Part shown: one piece after another, positions 50,326-60,940 of the stretch
Layout of the letters: each line of letters opens with the position of its first letter
Numbering within the stretch: the stretch's first letter is position 1
Source of the DNA: Bacilli bacterium
Lineage (GTDB): Bacteria; Bacillota_I; Bacilli_A; RF39; UBA660
Direction of reading: 5' to 3'
DNA length: 64,000 bases
Assembly (NCBI GenBank): GCA_035392025.1
Contig: DAOPMC010000001.1
Location: 68-64,067, forward strand
Notes under the pieces: generated by a model
The model's database searches: none
What the model saw: the letters and a program-made list of their open reading frames with translations, nothing else
Told to the model about the DNA's origin: nothing
Program-made: the position numbers and the translations under genes

Positions 50326-51306
50326 TTAATTATCATATAATTCTTCTTCTTTAAATTCTTCTAATATTTTTTTTATTTCTTCTAAATCTCTTGTTTTAAA
50401 AATTTTATTTTTAATTTCATTGGATCCAGTTATCCCTTTTAAATACCAACCTATATGACTTCTTATTTCAAGCGATGTTTCTTTATCAGATTTAAAATCT
50501 TTTAGATATGATAAATGTTTTAATGCCATATTTACTTTATCTATATCTGTTGATTTATCTATTATTTTGTTATTTTCTAAATATTCATTTATTTCTTTAA
50601 ATATCCAAGGATTCCCAAGAGAAGCTCGTCCTATCATAATAAGATCACATTTAGTTTCAGCAAGCATTTTTTTAGCATCATAAATGGTCTTAATATCACC
50701 ATTACCTATCACTGGAATATTTACACTTTCCTTAACTTCTTTAATTATATTCCAATCAGAGTGTCCACTATATCCTTGTGATCTTGTTCTTGGGTGAATT
50801 GTTATGGCGCTGGCGCCAGCTTCTTCACAAGCAATCGCTACCTCTTTAGCATTTATACTTTTTTCATCCCAACCACTTCTTATTTTAACCGTTACAGGGC
50901 ATGGTACAGATGCCACTACTGCAGAAACTATCTCTTTTATTTTGGAAATATCTTTTAATAATGCTGATCCCGCTTGGGCTCTCACTGCAACTTTTGGCAC
51001 AGGGCAACCCATATTTATATCAATAATATCTGGTTTCATAGTTTTATAAATATATTCTGCTGCTATAACAAAAGATTCTTTGTCGCTCCCAAATATCTGT
51101 TGCGCAATGGGTCTTTCCATTTCTGTCATATATAGCATATCTATTGTTTTTTTATTACCATAAAATATTGCTTTGTCACTGACCATCTCTGAATATATCA
51201 AAGAACATCCCATTTCTTTAACAATCCTACGAAATGCGCTGTTAGATATTCCTGCCATAGGTGCTAAAACTGTTTTACCATTAATTTCTATATTACCTAT
51301 TCTCAT
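50326..51306 (-). CDS. dusB: tRNA-dihydrouridine synthase (DusB-like)
   Basis: LAPMAG..N..FR N-terminal FMN-binding motif and catalytic Cys region (MGCP). Confidence 0.85.
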   Translation of the reverse strand: MRIGNIEINGKTVLAPMAGISNSAFRRIVKEMGCSLIYSEMVSDKAIFYGNKKTIDMLYMTEMERPIAQQIFGSDKESFVIAAEYIYKTMKPDIIDINMGCPVPKVAVRAQAGSALLKDISKIKEIVSAVVASVPCPVTVKIRSGWDEKSINAKEVAIACEEAGASAITIHPRTRSQGYSGHSDWNIIKEVKESVNIPVIGNGDIKTIYDAKKMLAETKCDLIMIGRASLGNPWIFKEINEYLENNKIIDKSTDIDKVNMALKHLSYLKDFKSDKETSLEIRSHIGWYLKGITGSNEIKNKIFKTRDLEEIKKILEEFKEEELYDN

Positions 51307-51489
51307 AATTTCACCAATTTAATTGTATCAAACCATTACTAAAAAATCTATGTCTTATATACGAACATTAATGATTTGTAGTGTATACTATTATATTCTT
51401 TGCATATAATAGTATTGATAATATATTGAAAATGTATTGACATCAATGTGTTAGTATGATATTTTAATTTTATTAGAAGAGGTGATGTT

Positions 51490-51774
51490 ATGTCTAATAT
51501 ATCAAATGCCATTAATATGAGTTTCAGGGTTGACAAAAATTTAAAAAAGCAAGCCGATGAATTGTTTAAAAACCTAGGAATGAATACAAGTGTTGCTTTA
51601 AACATGTTTCTAACGCAAAGCGTTAGAGAACAAAGTATACCTTTTATTTCTACAATGGATATTCCCAATAGAAGATTGCTTAACGCTTTAGAAGAAGTTG
51701 AAGCTATTGAAAGCGGGAAAATCAAAGCAAAACATTACGCAAGTTTTGATGAAGTACTAAAGGATGTTGATTAG
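51490..51774 (+). CDS. dinJ: Type II antitoxin, RelB/DinJ family
   Basis: 94 aa; N-terminal RHH-like SFRVDKNLKKQADELFKNLGMNTSVALNMFL typical of DinJ; stop overlaps the start of the downstream toxin gene. Confidence 0.7.
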   Translation: MSNISNAINMSFRVDKNLKKQADELFKNLGMNTSVALNMFLTQSVREQSIPFISTMDIPNRRLLNALEEVEAIESGKIKAKHYASFDEVLKDVD

Positions 51775-52055
51775 TGAAATATAAGATAATCATAACTGGT
51801 TCTTTTAAAAAACAATTGAAATTGATCAAAAAGAGAAAAAAGGATTTGGAAAAATTAACTATAGTAATTAATAGTTTGGCAAGCAATAAAAAACTAGACA
51901 AAAAATATAGAGATCACGCACTAACTAATAATATACAATTTAAAGATTGTAGAGAATGTCATATAGAACCGGATTGGCTCCTTGTTTATAAAAAGAATGA
52001 TAATGATTTAATTTTATTTCTAATTGAAACAGGCACCCATAGTGATTTATTCTAA
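51774..52055 (+). CDS. yafQ: Type II toxin, YafQ/RelE family mRNA interferase
   Basis: 93 aa; conserved ...KKY.DH.LTNN...CRECHI.PDWLLVYK...L.L..TGTHSDLF pattern of YafQ; GTG/ATG start coupled to the dinJ stop. Confidence 0.7.
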   Translation: MKYKIIITGSFKKQLKLIKKRKKDLEKLTIVINSLASNKKLDKKYRDHALTNNIQFKDCRECHIEPDWLLVYKKNDNDLILFLIETGTHSDLF

Positions 52056-52087
52056 ATGAAAAGACGCTTTAAAAAGCATCTTTTCAT

Positions 52088-54046
52088 TTATTTTAATTTT
52101 GCTATTATTTCTTCTTTTGTTAGAGTACTATATCCTTTAATTCCTTGTTGCTTTGCTAAATCTTTTAACTCAGTCAGGGTCATATTATCAACTTTCTCTT
52201 CTTCAGGCATTTCTCCATGCTCTAATAGATAGTCAATCTGTTCTTTTGTCAGAGTTTCATACTTAAGCAAGTTTTCTGCTATCAAGTCTACATCTTTCAT
52301 ATTTTTATTAATTATCTTTTCTGACTTATCATAGCACTCATCAATTATTTTTCTCATCTCATTATCTATTTCAAACGCTACTTTATCAGAGAAGTTTCTT
52401 GACTTATTATAATCTCTTCCTAAGAAAATACTTGATTCAGGTTGTTCTAATTGCATTGGTCCTAAATCACTCATACCATACTCAGTAACCATTGCTCTTG
52501 CTATTTTTGTAGCTCGTTCTATATCATTAGAAGCCCCTGTTGTTATTTCATTAAATACTATCTTTTCAGTCACCCTACCGGCAAGAAGTGTTGAAATCGT
52601 TTCTATAAGCTCAGTTTTCGTAACATGAGCTTTCTCTTCTTCACTTTGAATATTAGTATATCCTCCTGCCATGCCGCGAGGTATGATAGTTACTTTTTGA
52701 ACTATATTAGAATTTTCTAATTTGATTCCTACTATTACATGACCTGCTTCATGATATGCAGTGATTTTTTTATCATCATCACTAATTTGTCTTGATACTT
52801 TAGCTGGACCCATAAGGACACGATCGTGTGCTTCGTCAAGTTCACTCATAGTAATCATTTGTTTGTTTCTTCTTACTGCAAGAAGTGCTGCTTCGTTTAA
52901 TAGATTCTCTAAATCAGCTCCTGAAAAGCCTACTGTTCTTTTTGCTAAATTATGTAGTTTAACGTTTGGTGATAAAATTTTATTTTTAGCATGCACTCCA
53001 AGAATTTCTTCTCTTCCTTTAACATCTGGTAAATTAACAGTAATTTGCCTATCGAATCTACCTGGTCGAAGAAGTGCTGGGTCTAAAACATCTGGTCTAT
53101 TAGTTGCTGCAATAATAATTATTCCTTCATTTACTCCAAAACCATCCATTTCAGTTAACAGCTGATTAAGAGTTTGTTCTCTTTCATCATGGCCTCCACC
53201 TAGACCTGTTCCACGTTGTCTACCAACAGCATCTATTTCATCAATAAATATTAAACATGGTGCTGTTTTTTTAGCCTCTTTAAACATATCTCTAACACGA
53301 GATGCCCCAATACCTACAAATAATTCTACAAAGTCAGAGCCACTAATATAATAAAATGGTACATTAGCTTCTCCTGCAACAGCTCTTGCAAGAAGAGTCT
53401 TACCTGTTCCTGGAGGCCCTACTAATAATACGCCCTTAGGAATTCTAGCACCTAATTTTTGAAACTTCTTAGGATTTTGTAAGAAATCAATAAGTTCGCT
53501 TACTTCTTCTTTTTCTTCATCTAATCCAGCTACATCCTTAAATGTTACTTTATCTTTATCATTTCCATTACTTAGTTTTGCCTTGCTTTTGCCAAAATCA
53601 AATGATTTCCCAGCACCACCAACTTGTTTATTTAAAAATACGATAACAAGTATTCCTAATAGTAAGAAAGGTACAACATTAATTAAGATAGTTAAAAATG
53701 AAGAAGATGATGGATCTTTTTCAACATTTACTTCAATATCATCTGTATTAGAATAAGAAAGTATTTCATCAAGTGCTATCTCGGAATATGGAATTTTAAC
53801 TAAATATGTTTCATTTTCTTCATATCCTACAAGTTTTCCTTTAATCTCATATATTTGCGAACCGTATTTAGGAGTAATCTCCATAGTAGTTACTTCTTTT
53901 TTATCTAAATATCCCACAAATTCATTATATGTGAATGTATTTACTTTTTTATTTAATATATTCACTGCGAAATATATTCCTGCAAATAAGCAAAAAATTA
54001 TTATATATGGCAGTATTCCTTTTATAATTGAGTTTCTTTTTTTCAT
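52088..54046 (-). CDS. ftsH: ATP-dependent zinc metalloprotease FtsH
   Basis: N-terminal TM, AAA module (GPPGTGKT), HEAGH zinc site; 652 aa. Confidence 0.95.
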   Translation of the reverse strand: MKKRNSIIKGILPYIIIFCLFAGIYFAVNILNKKVNTFTYNEFVGYLDKKEVTTMEITPKYGSQIYEIKGKLVGYEENETYLVKIPYSEIALDEILSYSNTDDIEVNVEKDPSSSSFLTILINVVPFLLLGILVIVFLNKQVGGAGKSFDFGKSKAKLSNGNDKDKVTFKDVAGLDEEKEEVSELIDFLQNPKKFQKLGARIPKGVLLVGPPGTGKTLLARAVAGEANVPFYYISGSDFVELFVGIGASRVRDMFKEAKKTAPCLIFIDEIDAVGRQRGTGLGGGHDEREQTLNQLLTEMDGFGVNEGIIIIAATNRPDVLDPALLRPGRFDRQITVNLPDVKGREEILGVHAKNKILSPNVKLHNLAKRTVGFSGADLENLLNEAALLAVRRNKQMITMSELDEAHDRVLMGPAKVSRQISDDDKKITAYHEAGHVIVGIKLENSNIVQKVTIIPRGMAGGYTNIQSEEEKAHVTKTELIETISTLLAGRVTEKIVFNEITTGASNDIERATKIARAMVTEYGMSDLGPMQLEQPESSIFLGRDYNKSRNFSDKVAFEIDNEMRKIIDECYDKSEKIINKNMKDVDLIAENLLKYETLTKEQIDYLLEHGEMPEEEKVDNMTLTELKDLAKQQGIKGYSTLTKEEIIAKLK

Positions 54047-54061
54047 TGTTTTTCTCCTTCT

Positions 54062-55393
54062 TTAGTAATATTTTAGTATTATATCACACTTATCTGTTTT
54101 TGAAACATCTAAATTAGATTTTTTTAGTCCCGGTAGCCATACTATTGTTTCGTTAGAGTCAACGACTACTGGCCACATATCTCTCTCATGCATTGGTATT
54201 TTAGAATTAATAAAGATATCATTTAATTTCTTATGTCCCATCATACCTTTAACAATCATTTTATCACCATTTTTTCTAGTTCTAACATGAAGTGGAATAG
54301 ATACATCCTTACTATTTAATCTACATATAAAGTTATCATTAATTTTACTTTCTTCAATAAACTTAATAAATTTGCCATTAGGAAGCGCAACATATTCATC
54401 TATTTCAATATCATAATTAATTGATTCTTCTGTCTCCTTTATAACATTTAGGGTATCATAGCTTTTAATTATTTTAATATTATTAGGTAAATAAATATAG
54501 CTATTGGCCTTTCTAGAATTAATAAGTTTTAAAATTAAATCTACATGAACATCAGAAATTAAGAATAAATCATCTTGATATATATCCTCTAACATTAAAT
54601 AAATGACTTTATTTTGAAAAATCTTTTCTAATTTTAAAAATTCTTCTATATTTAAACACTTTTGACTATAAACCTTCTTTATTATCTTACTCATTTCTTT
54701 ATCAATGTAGTCATTATATTCTAATAATGTATTGCTAAACTTTAAAAATTTTTGATGAACTAGAGGATCTTCACTTTTTAAAAATGGTAATGCTACTTTA
54801 CGATATCTATTTCTAGTATATTTATCTTTTACATTAGACGAATCAATAACATATGGTATTTTTTCCTTTTTATCATACTCTGCTATCTCTTCTTTTGTAA
54901 CGTTGATTAGTGGTCTAACAATTGAATAATTTTTCATTTTAACTATCTTACTAAATCCACTATATCCTTTCAAGGTAGATCCACGAACTATTCTCATTAG
55001 TATAGTTTCCATCAAATCATCACCATGATGTGCTGTCATTAAATATTTAGCATTATATTTTTTAACTATATCATTAAAAAATGTATATCTAATTGTTCTA
55101 GCCTCGTTATGAAAATTATCATCACCATAGTTTTTAATAGTCATCGCTTCAAATTCTACACCATGATTAAGACAATATTTTCTTAAAAACTCCATCTCGG
55201 TAATACTTTCTTTTCTAACATTGTGATTAACATGACAACATATAATAGCGATATCCATCTCTTTTTTAATCTTTAAAAGTAGATGCAACAGTGCCATAGA
55301 ATCTGGTCCCCCAGAGCATCCAACAACGACTGTGTCTCCATATCTAAGAATTTCTTTTGTTAAAAAATTATAACTATCGATCATAAAAATCAC
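54062..55393 (-). CDS. tilS: tRNA(Ile)-lysidine synthetase
   Basis: PP-loop GCSGGPDS N-terminus; 443 aa; directly upstream of ftsH (no hprT between). Confidence 0.85.
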   Translation of the reverse strand: MIFMIDSYNFLTKEILRYGDTVVVGCSGGPDSMALLHLLLKIKKEMDIAIICCHVNHNVRKESITEMEFLRKYCLNHGVEFEAMTIKNYGDDNFHNEARTIRYTFFNDIVKKYNAKYLMTAHHGDDLMETILMRIVRGSTLKGYSGFSKIVKMKNYSIVRPLINVTKEEIAEYDKKEKIPYVIDSSNVKDKYTRNRYRKVALPFLKSEDPLVHQKFLKFSNTLLEYNDYIDKEMSKIIKKVYSQKCLNIEEFLKLEKIFQNKVIYLMLEDIYQDDLFLISDVHVDLILKLINSRKANSYIYLPNNIKIIKSYDTLNVIKETEESINYDIEIDEYVALPNGKFIKFIEESKINDNFICRLNSKDVSIPLHVRTRKNGDKMIVKGMMGHKKLNDIFINSKIPMHERDMWPVVVDSNETIVWLPGLKKSNLDVSKTDKCDIILKYY

Positions 55394-55456
55394 CTATTAC
55401 AATTATATCAACTAAATACTTAATAACAAGTGAAAAATTCATAAAAAAAGAATTAA

Positions 55457-55750
55457 TTACTTAATTCTAATTATATATTCATTCTTTCCACTATATAATC
55501 TTTTCTCCCTAGCATACTTTGCCATATACTCAGGATCGTTTAGTTTTTCAACTGTTGTCTTTAAGTCTTTTTTATCTTCCTTTAAAGTTTCAAGCTGTTG
55601 TGTTAACACACTACTTTCTTTCTTTTTGGCATAAATTTGTCCCCAGGTACTAGCATAAGCGTAGATAATGGCACAATCAATAAGTACAAATATTGTTCCA
55701 AATAGTAAAATTCTTTTTAGTCTTTTTTTTCTATTTTTAGAATTTGCCAT
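55457..55750 (-). CDS. divIC: Septum formation initiator DivIC/FtsB-like
   Basis: 97 aa: basic N-terminus, one TM, then a coiled-coil (LTQQLETLKEDKKDLKTTVEKL); position after yabP-yabQ. Confidence 0.6.
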   Translation of the reverse strand: MANSKNRKKRLKRILLFGTIFVLIDCAIIYAYASTWGQIYAKKKESSVLTQQLETLKEDKKDLKTTVEKLNDPEYMAKYAREKRLYSGKNEYIIRIK

Positions 55751-55819
55751 ATCACACCTACTCTCCTACGATAAGTATATCTCACACCTTAAAATGAAGT
55801 CAATCGTAAAGTTTATACT

Positions 55820-56077
55820 TTACGTCAATTTTTTAGAAAATATATAACCAAGAAGAAAAAAAATTAAAAAATAAGTATGAATCATTCCACTATTAATAAA
55901 ATAGTTAACTATTAAAAAGAAAAATATAAAAAAGAAATAAAAAAGCAAATTATTTATTATTATGAATATTCTTTTTCCCAAAAATAATTTGTCTTTAAAT
56001 ATATTTTTAAATATTCTAAATAGCATCCCATAAAAAAAGCAAAAGAATATAGATAGTATTTGTTCTAATAAACTCAC
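55820..56077 (-). CDS. yabQ: Spore cortex biosynthesis protein YabQ-like (small polytopic membrane protein)
   Basis: 85-aa hydrophobic protein overlapping the yabP stop by 4 nt; assignment rests on synteny yabP-yabQ-divIC. Confidence 0.45.
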   Translation of the reverse strand: MSLLEQILSIFFCFFYGMLFRIFKNIFKDKLFLGKRIFIIINNLLFYFFFIFFFLIVNYFINSGMIHTYFLIFFLLGYIFSKKLT

Positions 56078-56385
56078 TTAAACATCTTAGAAAAAATGCT
56101 TCCTTCTTTAGCATTCTTTTTTATTTTATCTACATAACACATACTAATAATTAATCCTTTTAAACAGACTACCCCTTCTTTGGTATCAAGTTTCACTATT
56201 TCTAATCCTTCTCCTTTTACTACTAAATATCCCATAGTTGTTTCCATAAAAAATTCTTCATCATCAAAACTTTCTATTTTATTAACACCAGTAACATTAA
56301 GTGTTTTTCTCTCTAAAATAGATATTCCATGATTTATGTTATTAAGACTAATATTATCATTTTTTTCCATATTTCCTCCTAACAA
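56074..56385 (-). CDS. yabP: Sporulation protein YabP
   Basis: 103 aa with the YabP pattern ...LTGV..V.SFDDEE...ETT.G.L.V.GE.L.I..L... Confidence 0.6.
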   Translation of the reverse strand: MLGGNMEKNDNISLNNINHGISILERKTLNVTGVNKIESFDDEEFFMETTMGYLVVKGEGLEIVKLDTKEGVVCLKGLIISMCYVDKIKKNAKEGSIFSKMFK

Positions 56386-56420
56386 ACGATATGCTAGAAA
56401 GATTATATTTATACTAAAAA

Positions 56421-56446
56421 AATCCCTTAAGGGATTTCTTAAACTA
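56421..56446 (-). terminator. Rho-independent terminator of spoVG
   Basis: Perfect palindrome AAATCCCTTAAGGGATTT followed on the minus strand by TTTTTTT. Confidence 0.55.
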
Positions 56447-56448
56447 AA

Positions 56449-56706
56449 TTATTCAGCAGTCTTGTATGCTTCTAAGATAGCTTCTTCAAACATTGTACGT
56501 GTTTCTGGATTAATTGGATGTGCTATATCACGATATCCTCCAGTTGCTGTTTTTCTACTTGGCATTGCGATAAACAACCCATTGTCTCCTTCAATAATTC
56601 TAATGTCATGAACTGCAAAGCAATCATCAATAAGTACTGATGCAATTCCTTTCATACGAGAAGATTCTTTTTCAATCTTACGTACATTAACTGATGTTAT
56701 TTTCAT
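56449..56706 (-). CDS. spoVG: Septation protein SpoVG
   Basis: 85 aa; strong identity to the SpoVG consensus (...[46 protein letters not shown]...). Confidence 0.9.
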   Translation of the reverse strand: MKITSVNVRKIEKESSRMKGIASVLIDDCFAVHDIRIIEGDNGLFIAMPSRKTATGGYRDIAHPINPETRTMFEEAILEAYKTAE

Positions 56707-56788
56707 CTTATGTCCTCCTTTAAAGCAAACCGCTTCTACTTAAATAATATACCAATAATTAACAAAAATCAATTGTTTTTATATATAT

Positions 56789-58366
56789 TTACATCTCAGT
56801 TACAACATATGGATCAGCACTAGTTCCAGTACCTGTCACTTTAACTGTTGGTGCTAAATTTATTACAGGATATACATCCATAGAAGTGCTAGTAGATGTG
56901 CTGATAACTTCACCAATACTATTTGTCGATAACATATATGAAACACTGTTACTATATCCATAGGCAGACATGGTAAAATATGATGAAGTTTGTCTTAATA
57001 TATTAAATTTATTGATAACTCCAAGTTTTAATCCTGCGTATATTAGTTCATCACTTGATAACAATCCTATTTTTACATCATATAGATATGAATTAGAACA
57101 GGCATATGATGGAGAACCACTATTTGCCCTAGTATATGCTGAAGATGTATCATTACAGAAACTAGCTGATGATACAAATTTATCATAGTTTGATAAAGTA
57201 GAATCATACCATGATTCTAAACTCGTTTTAATCGCTGAATCCTCTGTTCCACTTCCACCATCATAAGTATACCCCAAATACGTAGATGCATTTGATAGAG
57301 CGTTATATGTACTTGCAGTTCCTGTTGCTGTTGTTTTAACTAATCTTATAGTATCATCTTCATTAACCCTAACAATTCGCCAATTTGAACCTGCAAATAA
57401 AACATAATTATTTATAATGTTTCCTCGATAAAAATATGTATCCTTACTATCTTGCCCAGTTACTTTATATACCCCGTTTTCCACAGTATATAATGATTGT
57501 GCACCATTATTATTATAATAACTCGTACATGTCGTTAAATTATAGTTTGCATTGTTTGAATCACAATATTGGCAATAATCACTGACATAATAATTACCCA
57601 TTGTGTCACACACTTTAGTTTGATAGTCTGAAACTGATGTTGGGGCATTATCATAATATGTTGAACTTGCAGCAGCTTTGGTAGTTGTAATTGCAGTTGT
57701 AATAACATTTTCTTCATCTTCTCCAATTATCAAATCTTTTAATAATAATGGTGTCTCCTGAGAAGAAGATACTATTAACTTTTTATGAAAATGTCTTCCT
57801 ACTATGCTACTTGGTGCATCTGATTTTATCCAAGTATTTAGTGAATATGTAACAGATGCTCCTACATTTAATGATACTCTTAATATTTGTCCTCCTGTAG
57901 TTAGTTCCATAGGTTCATAAGTAATTGAGTTTGTCTCATCTATTAACTGATATCTAACATTATTATTATCAAGCAGATTAGAATTACATCCACAAGTCGT
58001 AATTGCATCCGTATCGTTTTCTAAAGTTAAAGTTACGATTGCTTTTACATTGCCACTATTTGTTACTCTAAATTTATATGGTGTTTGTAATATTCCTTCC
58101 GCATCACTTTTAGGAAGTGCATTGGTAAGTGATATTGTGCCGCCTAGACCAGTTGCTGTATCATCAAAAGTAACACTAAGAGAACCAACAGTTACCGTAT
58201 TATGCCCAGTTCCTTCATCTAAATCAGTAAATATGGCAAAACTAGAACCCGCAATTAAAAATACTAACACAAAAATTGATATGAAACTTATAATTGCTTC
58301 CTTACCATATTTTTGTATTAATCTTTCTTTTTTTAATTTTAAGTATCCTAGTCTTTCTTTTTCCAT
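56789..58366 (-). CDS. TasA/camelysin-like secreted protein, paralog P3 (525 aa, extended C-terminal region)
   Basis: Basic N-terminus plus TM, then AGSSFAIFTDLDEGTGHNTVTVGSLSVTF...ISLTNALPKSD...YKFRVTNSGNVKAIVTL, which aligns with the SipW-cognate signal region and N-terminal domain of B. subtilis TasA (AFND...TFASGTLDL...NLSNLKPGD...FQFENNGSLAIK). Confidence 0.65.
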   Translation of the reverse strand: MEKERLGYLKLKKERLIQKYGKEAIISFISIFVLVFLIAGSSFAIFTDLDEGTGHNTVTVGSLSVTFDDTATGLGGTISLTNALPKSDAEGILQTPYKFRVTNSGNVKAIVTLTLENDTDAITTCGCNSNLLDNNNVRYQLIDETNSITYEPMELTTGGQILRVSLNVGASVTYSLNTWIKSDAPSSIVGRHFHKKLIVSSSQETPLLLKDLIIGEDEENVITTAITTTKAAASSTYYDNAPTSVSDYQTKVCDTMGNYYVSDYCQYCDSNNANYNLTTCTSYYNNNGAQSLYTVENGVYKVTGQDSKDTYFYRGNIINNYVLFAGSNWRIVRVNEDDTIRLVKTTATGTASTYNALSNASTYLGYTYDGGSGTEDSAIKTSLESWYDSTLSNYDKFVSSASFCNDTSSAYTRANSGSPSYACSNSYLYDVKIGLLSSDELIYAGLKLGVINKFNILRQTSSYFTMSAYGYSNSVSYMLSTNSIGEVISTSTSTSMDVYPVINLAPTVKVTGTGTSADPYVVTEM

Positions 58367-58419
58367 GATACACCTACTATATATTATACCATTTTTATTA
58401 TAACATATTTTTTATAGAT

Positions 58420-58638
58420 TTAAACCCCTTTTATAACCAAATTTTTGATTAGAACATCGTTATAAGAAAAAGATTTAATTGATCTTGTATTTATTTCTTT
58501 AACCAAAAAAACTCTATTGTAAGTCTCTACTATAACCCCTTCAAACTCTTCTATTTGATTTCTGCTACCATTTATCCTAAAAGATAGACTTTTCCCAACA
58601 TTAGATTTTATATATTCTTTTATATGTTCTAAACTCAT
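58420..58638 (-). CDS. veg: Veg family protein (DUF1021, biofilm-stimulating)
   Basis: 72 aa; matches Veg (...IK..L..NLGK.L.....GGR......G.L.ETY.SVF...). Confidence 0.7.
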   Translation of the reverse strand: MSLEHIKEYIKSNVGKSLSFRINGSRNQIEEFEGVIVETYNRVFLVKEINTRSIKSFSYNDVLIKNLVIKGV

Positions 58639-59420
58639 CTAGGATACCCCGTATACATCATTCCCTCTGTTATTATTCCACCCATGCCATTTGCACCATA
58701 CTTAGTTTTATTTAATATTTTTAATAATTCTATATCTCTTCCTTTTTGAGATAAACTTACACTCGATGCAATTATCGCTGGATCTAAGGCGTGAATATTT
58801 ATTCTTTTAGGACTAGATGCAAAATTTGATCCTGACTTTATTAATTCTTCATAATTTGATTGACATGCACCTGCTATAATAACTAACTTTTCGTGAGACT
58901 TTTCATATTTCCTAGCTTCTCTTACTGCCTTTATAAAATTATCGCTATTTTTATAATTGGTAGAATCATTTATATCATCTTGTCTTTTATAATAGGCATC
59001 ATGTCCTGTTATTACAACAATATCTGGATTTATATCTTCTAATTGTTTTCTTATATTTAGATGAACTACATTTTCTTTTAGTAATATCCCATATGCTAAA
59101 ATATCCATCTTTTTATAAAAATCCATACATCTTTTTAAATAGTCTTCGTCAGCATCAATATGAAGAATCTTCCCGGGTAAATAAAAATATTCACTACGAT
59201 CTAATTCATCGCTTTTGATTCTATCATACGCTTCTTCATCATCTAAGATATCATCATAGCAATTATCGCACTTTTTTAAATCATCGATCTTACTATCTGC
59301 AACAAGTCTGACATTAACACCCTTTAATATGACCATCTCATCTTTTAAATCAATAATTTTAAATACAATATCATTATTATAAGAATTTCTAGTAACCAAA
59401 TCCCCTATATTAAAAAGCAT
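58635..59420 (-). CDS. yabG: Sporulation-specific protease YabG (peptidase U57)
   Basis: Collinear with B. subtilis YabG: MLFNIGD.V.R.SY..D..F.II..., VITGHDAY, AGACQS..E.L...G.NFASSP.R.NIHALDP. Confidence 0.8.
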   Translation of the reverse strand: MLFNIGDLVTRNSYNNDIVFKIIDLKDEMVILKGVNVRLVADSKIDDLKKCDNCYDDILDDEEAYDRIKSDELDRSEYFYLPGKILHIDADEDYLKRCMDFYKKMDILAYGILLKENVVHLNIRKQLEDINPDIVVITGHDAYYKRQDDINDSTNYKNSDNFIKAVREARKYEKSHEKLVIIAGACQSNYEELIKSGSNFASSPKRINIHALDPAIIASSVSLSQKGRDIELLKILNKTKYGANGMGGIITEGMMYTGYPR

Positions 59421-59593
59421 ATAATCATCTCCAAATAATTATATGCTCTATTCTAATAAAATATTATTTATTTAAATATATCCATGAATACATTTAAACC
59501 AATCATATATATCAATAATTTCAAATAGTCAAGTTTTGAAAATATTTTTTCAAAACTTTGCTCTTTGTCTACTTTAGGAAAAATATTTCCAAA

Positions 59594-60394
59594 TTAAGAC
59601 AATTTATTTGCAATATCACAAAATATATTGACACTTAATACTTCACTTCTAGTATTTAAATCATATCCATGTTCTTTTAATACTTCTTCAATTCTATTTA
59701 AATCATACTCTTTTAAATTATTTCTAATAGTTTTTCTTTTATATCTAAAGCTATCTCTAACTAATTTAAAAAACAAGTCTTCATTCTTAACAAATATTCT
59801 ATCCTTGCTCTCTAATTTGATGATTACACTGTCAACATTAGGCTTAGGTATAAAACACGTTCTATTTACAACAAATAGCTTCTTAATGTCATAAAAATAA
59901 TTTAAAAATACTGTAATAGATCCATAATCTTTAGTACTTGGTTTAGCACAGAATCTATCTCCTACTTCTTTTTGAACCATTAAGACAACGCTTGTAGTAT
60001 TAATACCGCTGTTTATAATATGTTCTATTATTGGGGTTGTTATGTAATAAGGAACATTGGCAATTACATAAATATTTTTATAATTATACTTATCAACATC
60101 CCTGTTAATATCTCTTTTTAGAAAATCATCATAGATTATTTCATAATTAGCATAGGATTTTAAATTTTTGTTTATGTGTTTTTCTAGAAATTTATCTATC
60201 TCATATCCAATAACAAAAGATGAACTTTTACATAAATATTTAGTTAAATTAGCAGAACCCACTCCTATTTCAATAACTAACGACTCATCCATAATATTAC
60301 TTTCTCTAACTATTTTTTCTATTACATTATTATCTACTAAAAAGTTTTGACCAAATTTCTTTTTAAATTTAAAATCCATATTATCACCACTCAT
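59594..60394 (-). CDS. rsmA: 16S rRNA (adenine1518/1519-N6) dimethyltransferase
   Basis: KsgA motifs (FGQNFL.D, EIG.G.G.LT, NLPY); ksgA-yabG-veg order as in Bacillus. Confidence 0.9.
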   Translation of the reverse strand: MSGDNMDFKFKKKFGQNFLVDNNVIEKIVRESNIMDESLVIEIGVGSANLTKYLCKSSSFVIGYEIDKFLEKHINKNLKSYANYEIIYDDFLKRDINRDVDKYNYKNIYVIANVPYYITTPIIEHIINSGINTTSVVLMVQKEVGDRFCAKPSTKDYGSITVFLNYFYDIKKLFVVNRTCFIPKPNVDSVIIKLESKDRIFVKNEDLFFKLVRDSFRYKRKTIRNNLKEYDLNRIEEVLKEHGYDLNTRSEVLSVNIFCDIANKLS

Positions 60395-60415
60395 ATAATA
60401 TCATAAAAAAAACTG

Positions 60416-60940
60416 TTATGCATTAACAGTTTCTTCAGTTTCTATCTTTTCTACAACTTCTTCTTTAGGCAATTCTTCAACTACTTCTATAACTTTCTCT
60501 TTTACTACTTTTTTTTCTCTAAAGATTCTATAATTTATTACAAGCACAAGATCTGATATAAACAATAAATAAATAAGTAATTTAATAGTACCTAAGTTAT
60601 CAGATAAATAAGATGGACTATAATTAATACCATACTTGTAATATAGCATCATATTAGTATCAAATTTAGCACGATAACCAATATATACTATTGCACCAAG
60701 TACAATTACTGCTGTTATGTTATAGAAGAAATTACGATTAATTATTTTTTGGCGTCCCATAAGATTAATAATATACATAATTAGTAAAAGTACAAATGGT
60801 AACATAATAGGGATTGAATCTGTTACTGATTTATCAAGTCTTGTATAAGTCAGCAGTAATCCATAAAATATTAAACCCATAGCTACAAGTAATAAAAGTA
60901 TTCTTAAAACTACAAATAAGCCATTTATTAACTGCTTCAT
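60416..60940 (-). CDS. Hypothetical polytopic membrane protein (last gene of the SipW locus)
   Basis: 174 aa, about 4 TM segments, acidic/Lys-rich C-terminal tail; 4-nt overlap with the upstream gene. Confidence 0.4.
   Translation of the reverse strand: MKQLINGLFVVLRILLLLVAMGLIFYGLLLTYTRLDKSVTDSIPIMLPFVLLLIMYIINLMGRQKIINRNFFYNITAVIVLGAIVYIGYRAKFDTNMMLYYKYGINYSPSYLSDNLGTIKLLIYLLFISDLVLVINYRIFREKKVVKEKVIEVVEELPKEEVVEKIETEETVNA

Noticed and set aside
51348-51725. 125-aa ORF on the minus strand
   Set aside because: It is entirely antisense to the dinJ antitoxin gene, whose product has clear family resemblance. Low-complexity translation, no RBS; a spurious ORF of an AT-rich genome.
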